DNA from: Hyaloraphidium curvatum SAG 235-1
Taxonomy: Eukaryota > Fungi > Monoblepharomycota
Assembly (NCBI GenBank): GCA_025558095.1
Contig: JAIVFI010000024.1
Location: 310,001 to 374,000, forward strand
Direction of reading: 5' to 3'
DNA: 64,000 bases
Shown here: in pieces, positions 1-13,463 of the stretch
Position numbering within the stretch: the stretch's first letter is position 1
How the letters are laid out: each line of letters opens with the position of its first letter
Notes under the pieces: generated by a model
Told to the model about the DNA's origin: nothing
What the model saw: the letters and a program-made list of their open reading frames with translations, nothing else
Databases searched by the model: none
Translations under genes and position numbers: made by a program

Positions 1-85
1 AGTACGTGGTCGCCTTTCTCTCGTGTTCTGTCGATCACGGAGCCCGCGAGCCCGCCATACAGTCCCAGCTGCCCCTGGAACGCTG

Positions 86-760
86 CTAAACTTCGACCAT
101 TGCCTCCTCCTCATCAGAATATGATTCCTCCTCCGGCTCTCCCATCCCCTCGTCGACAACCTCTGCTTCAAGGTCCTCCACGATCTCCTCGTTTGCAGCA
201 CTGCCCGACTCGACCCCCGGCGGCGAAAAGAAGCCCGTATCCGTGACTCCGTCCGGAGAGCGTATGTCCCAGGTCACGCTGTCGACGCTCCCCTTTCCGC
301 GTGTCCGCAAGAGCCGCTGGAGCTCGTCCTTGTCGAAATCCAGAAAGCCGGTGTCCTCTCCGTCGCCGTCCTTCTCCGCCACGATGCACGCCGGTCCGTG
401 GACGATCATGGAGGCGTCCATGCCGGGGTCGGCACCTCCGTTTAGGATGAACGATGCCCGCTGGTTTGGCTTGAGGCCTTTCCCGATCCCCTCGCCGTCC
501 AGGACGAGGAGAAGCTTCGGGAATCCTCCTCGAGCCTGCCACGTCAATACAGAGTGCACCTCGAGGGTCTCTGCTTCCATTCCCTCCGAGTTCTCTGGAA
601 AGAAGCTGTTGGGGCTGCCAAACTCTGGCGCCCCTGGACCAAGGACCAGTTCGCGCAGAAGAGGCGAGAGCCGCCCAGGTTCGGCCTTGACCTGCCACGG
701 CTCTCCTCTTATGGGTAAGAATACGAAAGTAAGCGGCACTGAGCACTCGGGCAGCGACAT
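86..760 (-). CDS. Hypothetical protein with DUF3846-like core and acidic tail
   Basis: Intronless 224-aa ORF. LLLVLDGEGIGKGLKPNQRAS...IVHGPACIVA resembles the (N/D)EEGKxxGLPxN...IxG pattern of bacterial/phage DUF3846 proteins. Head-to-head with PFD1. Confidence 0.5.
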   Translation of the reverse strand: MSLPECSVPLTFVFLPIRGEPWQVKAEPGRLSPLLRELVLGPGAPEFGSPNSFFPENSEGMEAETLEVHSVLTWQARGGFPKLLLVLDGEGIGKGLKPNQRASFILNGGADPGMDASMIVHGPACIVAEKDGDGEDTGFLDFDKDELQRLLRTRGKGSVDSVTWDIRSPDGVTDTGFFSPPGVESGSAANEEIVEDLEAEVVDEGMGEPEEESYSDEEEAMVEV

Positions 761-873
761 CGTCTCGACGCGTTGTCGCGCGGCCGCCCCCCCTTGATCG
801 CCTCCGCGGCGCCTGCGCGATCGCCTCGGAGCCCCCGACGTAAAGTCCGCGTCCTTTGGCTCAGGAAATCGCG

Positions 874-1414
874 ATGTCGCTCAGCGATGAAGCTCTCCGA
901 CGGGCAAGTTATCGCCCCGCCCGCGTGCTTTCTCAATGGCTCAACCTCTGCGTCTCGCCGGACCTCCTCTGACCTCTCGGAACCCCCGGCACCCCGGACC
1001 GACCCGACCTCAGCTACTCAACGAGTGCAACACAAAACTGAACGCGCATCGACGCGAGCAGCAGACTATCCAGGCCATGTCTGCCTCGAAGGAGCGAGAA
1101 CGGAGGCTAAACGACTTTACGGTCGCGCAGCTGCAGGCTCTCGAGGACGAGACGGCGACGTTCAGGGCCGTGGGAAAGATGTCAGTTTCTAGACTGTCGG
1201 CATGGGTGTCTGGGACGCCTCTGACGCGTGGCGATTCGCGTCCAGGTTCCTGGCAGCGACCCCGACTGAGATCATTGAGGACCTGGAAAAGCAGAACAAG
1301 GACGTGGCAAAGGACCTTGAAGCCCTGGGCAAGAAACGGGATTGGATTGAGCGCCAGATCTCCGACCTGAACAACACGTTGCGGGACGTGATGAGGACGA
1401 GCGGAAGGGCATGA
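874..1414 (+). CDS. PFD1: Prefoldin subunit 1 (3 exons: 874-903, 1014-1180, 1246-1414)
   Basis: Spliced product MSLSDEALRR|LLNECNTKL...TFRAVGKM|FLAATP...KKRDWIERQISDLNNTLRDVM matches beta-prefoldin PFDN1. Intron 1 has a GCAAGT donor. Confidence 0.85.
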
Positions 1415-1580
1415 GGCTGGCTTGTAGAGGACGGCTTGCGCTCTATACCCCACGATCCCACGATAGGTCAGATACCGGTTCTGTATTGGGAATGACATGC
1501 TGTGACAGAGCACATGATCGATAGTCAAAGCGGATATCGGGAATCGGGGTATATGTGGGCCAACAGAGCGTCGAGGCCGG

Positions 1581-4500
1581 TCAAGCTTCGCCATTGTCCA
1601 CGACCACTTTCTGGAGCCAGCTGCGAAGCCGGACTGTGCCGGCGGAAGCTTTGACGGTCTGTGCGGAAGCTGCTGCCGGCATCCGACTCGGCGCATGAGC
1701 TGCGATCGAGGCTGCTGGGGAGTCTTTCTTGGGCGAGGCCGCGGTGGCCAAGCGCTGCTTCTGAGGGAAAGCAGCCTCGCGCAGCCCGGGCAGCCGCGGA
1801 AGGGATGCCGCCCTGGAGGCCAGAGTGATCGGCTGCTGCTTGGGCTCGGGAGGAAAGTCGTCGTACAGCTTGCGTCCCCATGAGGTAGACGCTTTGGCCG
1901 GTGGCTGTCGTTCCTGGAGCAGCTGACGAGGTGGCGAAGAAGGTTTCGGGTTCGGAGAAGAAGCATGCGACGAGGGTACCGGGGGTGCAGGAAAGCCGAA
2001 ATCAGGGATCTGCCACGCATCCGCGAGAGAGGGCAGTGACGGTGTGGACGCTTTGTTCGGAGATTTGGTCTCGGTTGCGTCGGCCTCTTCCAGATCGAAC
2101 ACGGGGATGGGATGCGCTGCCTTCGGCAGATCTGTCGACAATGGTTGATCAGCAGTGAACAGTGGATGCCTCGGGCTTACCCACACTCGACAGCCTTCTT
2201 CCGGACACTGAGGTCGAAGAAGCTTGTGTTCTCATCAGTTGCCAGGGCGCCTGAGATGCGTTTCCCGTTCTGCGGCGGTTTGGACGGCAGCGAGAGCGAT
2301 CGCGCACTGCCTGACCCTCCCTCCAGCCGTTCTCTCTTGGAACCCGGCGGCTGTGATCCTTCCGTCTCCGAATCCTCGACGATCGGTCGCTTCAGCTTCC
2401 GCTTCGGAGCCGTTATCTCGGGGAGCGACGAAGATGCCGAAGAGCTCGGAGAAGGAGCAGGGTCGACGATCTCCCACACAGGCTGGCGGCGCTTCTCAGG
2501 AGGCGGGGCTTCCAGGGCCTTTGAAACTTGCCGAACCCCTCCGTCAGGTCGGAACTCATTCTGCGAATCATTTTCCACGGCACCGAACGCAGCGTCGGCC
2601 GGCGACTCGGCTTTGCGCCGGCGCGCTGCTTTGCGCGGAATGCCCGTCTTGCAGCATAGATGACGGCACTTCATTTTGTCCTTGCTACGAGGGCAAGCAA
2701 ATGCTCAGCTAGAGTCTAGCCCCGAGCAAACATATCTCACCAGGCGTGATTGCAGGGCACAGTATCGGGCTCGAGTCCAGCCTGTGCAGTCTGCATCTGA
2801 TCGGTCCTTGATTCAACCCTTGCTCCCGGAGCAGCACCTTGAGCGCGAGGTCCTTGTTGGACCGTCGCTTGCACAGATTTGGATTGCTCTTGCGGACGGG
2901 CTATCGCTGCACTGGGTGCTGGAGCGGTGCGCAGATCGAGCGGCGGTGGAAGAGGAGGAACTGTGGTGACGGTCAGTTCCGAGATCGAATAGCTCCCAAA
3001 ACCAAACCGCAATACCATCATCGTCCACATCATCGCTGGCGAGATTGTCGCCTGCAAGTGCCAAGACTGCCTCGTCGTCGATGCCGAAGAAGCTGTTGGA
3101 AGCTTCTGCGGCCCCGACCACCGCGCCCGCCGGTCCGCCCGCGTGAACAACATCGTCCAGGTCGACGCCGAAGAGCAGATCATCGCTAGCAGGATCTCCA
3201 GCTGGGCCTGCTTCCTGCTTTTCGCGCAGATCAGCGAGAGTAACCTCTCCGGAAGTACTGCTCGGTATCTTCTTGTCCTTGCTCTGCTGCATGATGCGCA
3301 TGAAGATCCTCGGATTAATCTCGGGCGCGATCTCTTCCGATATGTCCACCCCCGCTATTCAAATGGGCTTTGCTTAGTGCGGTGAGCACATGCAGTGTCC
3401 ACTTTGTCTCACCGTAATCTTCGCACATGGCACGAATGTACACCTTGGTGGAGGTCGACATGATCGGGGCCTTGAAGCGGAATTCCTTCGGCCCGTCGCG
3501 CAGTTTGCTGCAGCTGGTGCATACGCAGTCAAGACAAATTCAATGTCCGCCCGTGGAGGACCCACTAGATCCGATAGAATTCGACGAGCGGCCCATCCGA
3601 TACGCCGCAGAAGAGCACGACAGACGGCGAACTCTTGATGGAGGGGTTGGCCAAGCCCAAGGTCACGAAAAGCTCGAGCTCAGCGCTGTCGACGTCTTGG
3701 AACTGGGTGATGTAGGAAGAGTTCCAACCCGGCCGAGCAATAGGGTTGCTCAATCAACCTGCCTTGCGAATGCGGAGCTCAAGCTGCGGCAATGACTTCA
3801 AGGACTCCAGGACCTGCATTGCGAAGAAAATCAGCTTCGATTGTCGAAACTTGATTGAATTGAATCCGTACCTTGTGACCGAACGGAGGCTGGCGACCAA
3901 CGGCCATCTCAATCCTCCCTGGGTCGCATGCGCGCAACGCGGCAAAGTCCCTGATACCGGAAATATCAAGCTTCCGGGCGAACTCCACGCCCAGGCCGTC
4001 GAGTTGGCGCAGGAGGAGACCGCTGCCCTGACCCCAAGTTTTGGCCTGCAGACTTTGGAGCCTGACGTGGAGCTGTCAGTAGCCAATCAAATGGGCACGC
4101 ATCGCGAGCTCACATCTCAACAGCACTCCGAACGAAGCGAAAGTCCTTCCGTATCACGGCGACTTCCAAGATGCAACGAGCGATGCGTTGAGCTTGCATG
4201 ACAACGTAAGACTGCTCTTGCGCCATGATCGGCCTCGAATTCTGGCCAACGATCGGTATCGCGCCAAGAGCGGCTTGAATGAGCAGAGAGATCTGCAAAA
4301 GAGGATATGCACTTAGCACACCTGCAGAAGCAGACGGATGGGGCCGTGCCTTATGGTCTAGAGTCTTGACTTTCGTCTTGAGCGGAAACCGCAGACCATG
4401 CTTCTTGTTCAAGTCGTTCAGGATGCCTGCGCCAACGGTACGTTCACCGCAAGTAGCAAACGCATGCATGACGAAAATCACCCTTGTCGCCCATGTTCAT

Positions 4501-7500
4501 CCTCGTCGCGTCGTTGAACTCGCTTGCTTTCGATAGTGCATCTAGCTGTGGAAAGGTAAGCAAACAACCAGCCGAGAGAAGTAGCTACCATACCACGTCC
4601 TTCACCGTGGATCCCGGTTTCAGTTTGCAAATCTCGACCATGGTCTCAAAACGGATGTAGAACTTGGCCATGATTGGTCCTGCTTGGGTGTCAGGACGTC
4701 CGAGGTGCCGTAAAAAAGCGCCATCCTCGCCTAGCTCGGTACTCTCCAGCATTTTCCCGTCCCGCAGCTTCACGAACTGGTGCTGCTCCAGCTTTTCGAG
4801 GTCCTTCAAAGCCAGAGACTCGAGCCTTTGCTCGACCGGCATATGGTCTGGCAGCTTGGTCTTGAAACGGTAGTGGCCCGGATTCGCTTTCGCACGAATG
4901 AATAGGAATGTGGCCTTGAGCCACTTGACCGCGAGAGTAAGGTCCGTGACGGTGCCAAGCACGACCTCCGCATTGATGTGCTCAATCAGGCTCTCGTGAA
5001 GACTGGTGGGCGTAGAGTCGATGAGACGCTACAAGAAGAATGCAAGCCCATATGGTACCTGCTCTCGATTGTCTCCTGTCCGGAAACGAGTGCCTCGTAC
5101 TTGGCGCGATTGCCCTCCTCGGTCATGATAACTGGTGCCGTAAGCGGAGACTCTCACACCGCGAGCGCTGCCATTTACCTGCGCATCCGCTGTCATCAAA
5201 CTGACGGAGGAGGTGTGGTCAGTGGAGACTTCGTCAGAGGCACTTCTGACCAACCTGCGGTCGTCCCGCGCGGCCAATCATCTGAAACAGGTCGAGATCC
5301 GAAATCGGAACGTACTTGGAGTTGTGGTACTGGCAGGTGCCCTTGATAACCACGAGGTAGGCTGGAAGATTGACGCCGACCGCAAGAGTGGAAGTGGTGC
5401 CTGCAGCGAAAGAAGCATTGAAATATGCAGAAGAGTCGAAAGCTAGGACCACCAACATAGCACTTTGATGTCGCCCTTGAGGAACGCTCCCTCTAGCTGA
5501 CGCCGATCTTCCATCGAGAGACCTGCGATAGCTGTCAAGGGCGCAGATAGCACGCTTGGAAGAGCTCTCACCAGCATGATGGTAGGCGACCGCGTGCGGG
5601 ATCAGCTCCCCGATCTTGCGATCTTGGAAGTTGTTCCTCATCGAATTGAGATGCTGTTGAATCCTGGCGCTGCTGACGAACGGGTGTTTCCGAGTTGCAA
5701 TGACGCGCTCGACGGCGACCTTCGAGAGTGTTTGCGCCGCATGCTCCGCCGACTTGCGAGTAGCACAGAAGACAAGAGCTGGCTTGCCTTGACTGAATCG
5801 CTCCAGGACATCGAGAAGCCTTGGCAAACTCATCAGCCTCTCGTCATGGCGGAGGAAAGTAGTTCCTCACTTCGAATCGAGAGTCTGCTCGAAGATGAAC
5901 TCGTTCATGCGCTCGCCCCGCGGATACCCAAGGACCTCCTTGCAGAGAATCACCGGGCGATAATCCTCCCCAAAAATTCTGACCTCAGCGGCAGCCCCTA
6001 TCGTAACACGGCGTGATCAGCTACCTCGCTGAGCAACGTCAGCGGAAGACTCACCGGAAGGATCGCAAAGCCACTTCGCGATGTCGTGCACATTAGGGAC
6101 CGTAGCGCTGACAGCAACGAACCTGACGGCTTCGTTGCTCGGTCCAGAAGCACCCGAGATGCTGTTGAGGGCGGCCTTCTGCTTCATCCTTCCGACGACA
6201 ACTTCCAGAGTCGCCCCCCGCTTTTCCTCGCCGAGCTGATGCAAGAAGGGCGACTGGTTAACTGTGGGTCAACTGCTGGCGGCATGCACGCACCATGTGC
6301 ACTTCGTCGACCATGAAGAGCTTGACCAGATTGAACAAGGCCTGGTGATCTCGCCACTTTCGCGAGATCGAGTCCCACCTTCCCAGCGGATGTCAGGGGA
6401 CGGTACTATTGACAGCGTTAAGACCCACTTCTCCGGCGTGGTGACGATGATTTGTGCTCGCTGAACGTTCCGGATTTCGTCGTGCGCGGTATCTCCGGTG
6501 AGCTCGCCGCAGGTAATGCCGAGAGTTCGGAAACGCGCGCTCCAGTCGCGGGCTCGCTCGGTGCAGAGGGCCTTGACAGAATTGATCAGATAGATGGCGA
6601 CGTGCCGCAGGAAGGTACGCACTCGCGTAGGGGCCATGTAGATGATCTTGACGTTCTCGCGGTCCGCTTTCATGAGCTCTCTCGCAATGGCTGCGGGTGC
6701 GCGGGTAAGGAAGGGTGCAAGCATGGGACGAGATCGAGCAAACCGAGTTCGAGAACGACTGGAAAACGGGGAATGGTCGTCAGCGCATATTACACATCCT
6801 CGAGTGGCACGTTACCTGTCTTGCCCGCGGACGTCGGGGCGCTGACGACCACGTTTCGACCCGTGTTGTAGGCAACGTCGAAACACTCGCTTTGCATCGC
6901 GTTGAAGTACGGGAAGTTCCACAGCGAGCGGAAACGATCAGGCAGCTCCGACACGGATCGTAGGTTGAGAGTCCGACCATCGCGCCCCAAGACGGTCTGC
7001 TGCCGAAGAGGTCTGCCCCGGGAAGCCTGTGGACCGAAGTTATCTTCTTGACCAGGCCCGTAGCCATGCGGAGCCCCGAAGTTTGCTTCGTGTCCTGGTG
7101 CATAGTCGTACTGCGCAGCTCTGCCGTCGGGCTGAGCCATAGCGTGGAAATCGTCGCCATAGACATTGGCCGTGCGAGCTTGGTAGGGCGTGTTGTACGC
7201 ATCTTTAAGGGAGGGCGTGAGGCAACAGAGGTGAGCTTGAGAGGTCGAGATCTTACCGCGCGGCCCATGCTGAAGGTGTTCAAAGTCGGGGGCATCGTCT
7301 TGCGCGTCTTCGATTTGCTCTTCGTAGAAGTCTGGCGAGAAAGGGTTAGAAGCATGACAACTTTTCTCTCGACAAGCGATCACCGGAGTTGCGCTGCCAG
7401 GCATAGTCCTCTGCCTGATCCTGGTAGAAAGGGTTTCCATCGCTTCCTCCGATCGAGGGCCTCAAGGGCTGAGCTCTGGCAATCGGACCGTATCCCAGGT

Positions 7501-7897
7501 TCCCGTGATCGCCTCCTCTCGTGCCCTGAAACTGCGGTGCAAGATCCGTCGGTCTCGCGGCGAATCTCGGGGGTAGACGCGAAGCTCGGTTCGCAGGACG
7601 CGACTGCGCGATCATGAACTCGTCCTCGCCGCGGTCGGGTGCGTTCCAGGAGCCGTACGCGTCCGGCACATCGTCCTCATCGTAGGCCGGTCCGAACGCG
7701 CGACCATCCCGCGCATCTTCGTCATAAGCAAAGAGCTCTCTGCCCTGGTCCATGTGCGCGGGACGCGACTCCGAGAAGTTGGCGGGCCGATCGCCGGGGA
7801 ACTGCGACGCGCCGTACGGCGGCCGGATCATGGGGCTCACAAAGGGCCGCGGCGCGTTGCCCGCCCGTTGCTGGCCGTAGCCAGCATTGCGCTTCAT
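1581..7897 (-). CDS. MER3: Meiotic DExH helicase Mer3/HFM1 (multi-exon; start approximate)
   Basis: FNAMQSECF, APTSAGKT, TTPEKW, GATLEVVVGRMK, VSATVPN, LVFCATRK, VAYHHAG, TSTLAVGVNLPA, QMIGRAGRPQ, a Sec63-like region and the C-terminal CNHACKDKMKCRHLCCKTG zinc motif (split by an intron near 2.7 kb). Confidence 0.9.
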
Positions 7898-8123
7898 TTT
7901 GCGCGGAGCATTGGGCACAGCTGCCGCCGGTCGGTGGTCCGCGGTCGAACCGAATTGGCGGTTCGCACGGAAGTTGAACGGCAGCGGCCGTCCGTCGGCG
8001 ACGCTGACGAAACACTCCACACACACAACCTCATCCGAAGGAGAAGGAAGCCAGCTGCGGTCCTCCTACGAGCTTTTAAGAAGCACAGTGCCCCCATCGA
8101 ACGCTTTTTGACGCCGCGGAAAG

Positions 8124-8823
8124 ATGGCTAAGCACCATGTGGGTGTCTGCGCAGCACTCGTTCCCGAACCCCGTTGACGGATCTCCACCCCTTCTATGCT
8201 GCGATTATCCTCGGAATCTTGAATGGAGTAGCCTGAGTGAGTGATAACGAAGTTTGCACCGCCTGGCATTTGCTGACTGTGGTCTCCCGCCTGTTCCTAC
8301 TGGGTTCGCTCGCTCGCGTGACCGCCGAAACCCACATCGCAGCCTAATCTTCTGCCGGAAGCAGCCGGGGATTGCCATCGGACGCCTCTGCGAGAAATGC
8401 GACGGCAAATGTGTCATTTGTGACTCCTATGTCAGGCCAATGACGCTGGTCCGGATCTGCGACGAGTGCAACTACGGATCCTACCAGGGGCGATGTGTAA
8501 TCTGCGGCGGCCAGGGGATTTCCGATGCCTACTACTGCACAGAGTGTACGATCCAGGAGAAGGACGTGAGTCGCCCTCCGCTGCCTGCCCTGATCGACTT
8601 GCTCATCGCCCGTTCTCCGCTCGCCCTCCCCTGCCTACCCCGATCGACTTGCTGACCGCCCGTTCTCCGCTCGCCCTCGGCTGCCTACCCTGACCGGCTT
8701 GCCGACCGCCCGTTCTCCGCCCGTCAGAGAGACGGCTGTCCAAAGATTGTCAACCTCGGATCCAGCAAGACGGACCTTTGGTACGAAAGGAAGAAGTTCG
8801 GGCTCAAGAAACAGAATGGTTGA
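8124..8823 (+). CDS. PHF5A: SF3b subunit PHF5A/Rds3 (exons 8124-8138, 8232-8236, 8343-8565, 8728-8823)
   Basis: Spliced product MAKHH|PD|[32 protein letters not shown]...QEKD|[25 protein letters not shown] is near-identical to known PHF5A/Rds3. Confidence 0.97.
8571..8720. repeat. 3 x 50-bp tandem repeat inside PHF5A intron 3
   Basis: Units start at 8571, 8621 and 8671, each tcgccctc..ctgcct.ccc.ga.cg.cttgc..a.cgcccgttctccgc. Confidence 0.95.
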
Positions 8824-9387
8824 ACTGATGGCCGTGGAACTGGACTGGGCACCCTGCCTCGGGAGCAGAATGGTTGATCTGAGCCGCGGAACTGGAGTGC
8901 CAAATGGAGGGCTCCCTGCCTCGGTGCCATCTTCTGCCAGCATTCTTTGTCGATGTAGCTATGTGATTCCCAAATGATATCCGCTGGCGATCCCGGTCTC
9001 GATCTAGGTAGAACGAGGCTGTGACTGTGTCGACCACCTGGTTTATCGGCCGCGGCGGCGTCCGTCATCATCAGTCAGTTCTGAATTCTACGGGTCCCCT
9101 CCCTCCAAAGCTCCTCCGCAGCTGCTTTCCTCCATTTCGTTGGCACGTTGCCGCACTCGGCGTTTGCTGAAGGGGATTAAGGAGCCGGCCTCTCCCCCCG
9201 ACCGCAACGAGGCGCGACTCGCGTCCACTCCGACCCGTGGCAACGGCGCCGCCGGAAGCTGGAGCTCCAAGATTCGACTTCCAGAGCCAGGTCCATCTGT
9301 TATTCTGAGGCTCGGAGCCACTAGGGTCGGCAACACGTGCTGGTCGCACAGGTTTCCGCCCGTATTGACCTCAACCGTGCCGACAGG

Positions 9388-11382
9388 ATGCTCTCCTCTG
9401 CCAACCCCAACAAGGAGAATCCGGGCCCGCAAGGGCAGAATGCTGGTGACAGTGATCAAGTCGTAGCGTCGTCCTCGCCTATCCAAATCGCCCACCACAA
9501 GTCCGCCGGGCACCCGCAAGCTCCGGGCGGGCGGCGCGAAGCGAGATACGGCTATCGCAAGGCGCAGGCCCACCCCGCCGCCATGTCGATTTCGCAGGCA
9601 GACTCCAAGCGCCCCAAGCCTTCCGTCTACGAGGCTAGGAAGCCGCCGCTGAAGCTTTCGGATCCCGCGGCGTGGCCGCTTCCGACCGCTACCCGCAACT
9701 TGAGCCCCAAGGCCAAAGTCGCGACGAGCCATACTCATTCTTCTCGCAATGCCGGCTTCGGGGGGCGCAGGTCCGGGGACGTGCACGGCGCAGCGCCGGA
9801 TGTGCACGAGGACGCGCGAATGCTCGGCGGATTGGTCGGAGACCGTCACGGATCGTTGGACTCTATCCAGACTCAGGATATCCATATCGCCGACGCTATG
9901 TCTATGGACATTATCAGCGTTTCCAGCGGTGAGATATGCTACTTGCTTCGATCGCGCTACGTCTGACTGACACTGGCCCCAGCTCTGAGCGTCGACATCC
10001 AGAGCCTTTCCGATAGCGATCTCGACAGCAGCGAGGCTTACCCGGAAGGAACCGTTACCCGTTGCTCTACGCCATCTCAGGAGGGGCGCGAGACGGTTGC
10101 GACGGAATCCTCTTCGCTGCCGGACAACATTTCCCTGTCCCTGCTCACTCAGGAGCCGCGAAGCGTCGACGCGCTGGACAATGAGCAATGCGGGAACGAG
10201 CCATGCTCGTTGGAACGGCGTCTCGAGCAGCGTCAGAAACAGATCGACTACGGGAAGAACACAGCGGGCTACGAGCGGTACACGAAGATGGTGCCAAAGT
10301 GAGTTCGCGGTTTATTCTCGCCTCTCTATTGTTCGCTCAACGACTCTGTGCAGGAGCAAAAGGAAGCGGGGAGATCCTCAGACTCCGGACAAGTATGCAT
10401 CCTACAGCAAGCGTGCGTGGGACGGGCTCGTCCGCGTCTGGCGCCGCAAGCTGCACGCATGGGATCCTCCCGGGCTTCCGGTCTCGGCGAGCCACGTCGC
10501 GAAGCTGCAGAGGCAAGCGCAGCAGGCTGCCGATGCCGCCGCATTGGCGGAGGAGCACAACCGCGTCCACTGTTTCGGGCAAGGCCTTGAGGAAGGGGAG
10601 ATTCCGCAGCCCACCTTTGCAATGGTTGTGGGGTACGCTGTCTCCCGTGCAAAGCGCTTGTTGCTGGCATGCTGACGATATCCACTCGTAGAACGCGCAG
10701 TCTCGCCTTCCACCGCCAGTTGCCTGTACCAGTAGTGCCAACGCCGACACCGCAGGCACAGAGCATCGTGGCCAGCGGCAACGGCACTGCTGTCCCGGTT
10801 TTCACAATCCTGCAAACTGTTCCTGCGGATGACGCTGCAGCCGTTGAAGCGGATCTCGAGGCCATGACCAACGAGCTCAAGTCCATGCTTTTGCATCCCG
10901 AACCGGCGCCTCCTTCTGAGGAGGCACTCGGCGTCGATTCGGAAGAAGCAAACGGCGAGGCATCTGTTGCGCAATCGGAAACTGGGGAAGCGATCCCCAA
11001 AGAAGGTGTCGATGAGCCATCCGTCTTTTCCGGCACTGGAATGGTTCAGAGCGGTGTTGATGTTGCACCAGAGGAGAGTGATCGTACGCCGAAGGAGCTG
11101 GAGCAGCTGCCAGCTAGTGGGGTAGCCAACGAGGCTGCTGCGTTGCCCCCGGTGCCGCCTGCCCCCAAAGTGGAAGTCGAGATCGTGATCTCCAGAGCTA
11201 GGAGCCCGCAGCTGCTCTCGCCGTCGTCGATACGGAGCTACAACTGGGCGGACGATGCGGACGAAGAGGTGGATTGGGAAGTGACGGAACTGAACCAGGA
11301 GGACGGGCCGGATCCGATTTCCTTTGACGATAAGGACTGCGTCACGGACAGAGAGATTGAGGAGGGCGAAATCGTTGAGTGA
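9388..11382 (+). CDS. SLBP: Histone RNA stem-loop binding protein (SLBP), multi-exon
   Basis: Spliced RNA-binding domain (~10210-10470) RRLEQRQKQIDYGKNTAGYERYTKMVPK|SKRKRGDPQTPDKYASYSKRAWDGLVRVWRRKLHAWDPP matches the SLBP RBD (RQKQIxYGKNT...TPxK...WD...W...LHxWDP). Start codon is a best guess. Confidence 0.9.
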
Positions 11383-11571
11383 TTCCTCTCATCACATGTA
11401 GAGCAGCTGCCATGTACCCAGTTATCTTCCCGACGTATCTGTGCGACCTGCAATAAACTCATGCAAGTCGTCATATTTATCGGGTTGGGCGGAGCACCTG
11501 CCTCGCACTGGATGTCAGACTGCCCTAGAGGTTCGCGGCGAATCTGTCGCAAAAGATTATAATTTTTCTCA

Positions 11572-13463
<1,892 letters not shown>

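Noticed and set aside
8571-8720. CRISPR-like array
   Set aside because: Contiguous 50-bp units with no unique spacers, inside a eukaryotic intron.
8812-8877. 12-nt direct repeat CAGAATGGTTGA spanning the PHF5A stop and 3' UTR
   Set aside because: Too short and isolated to support a target-site duplication or regulatory claim.
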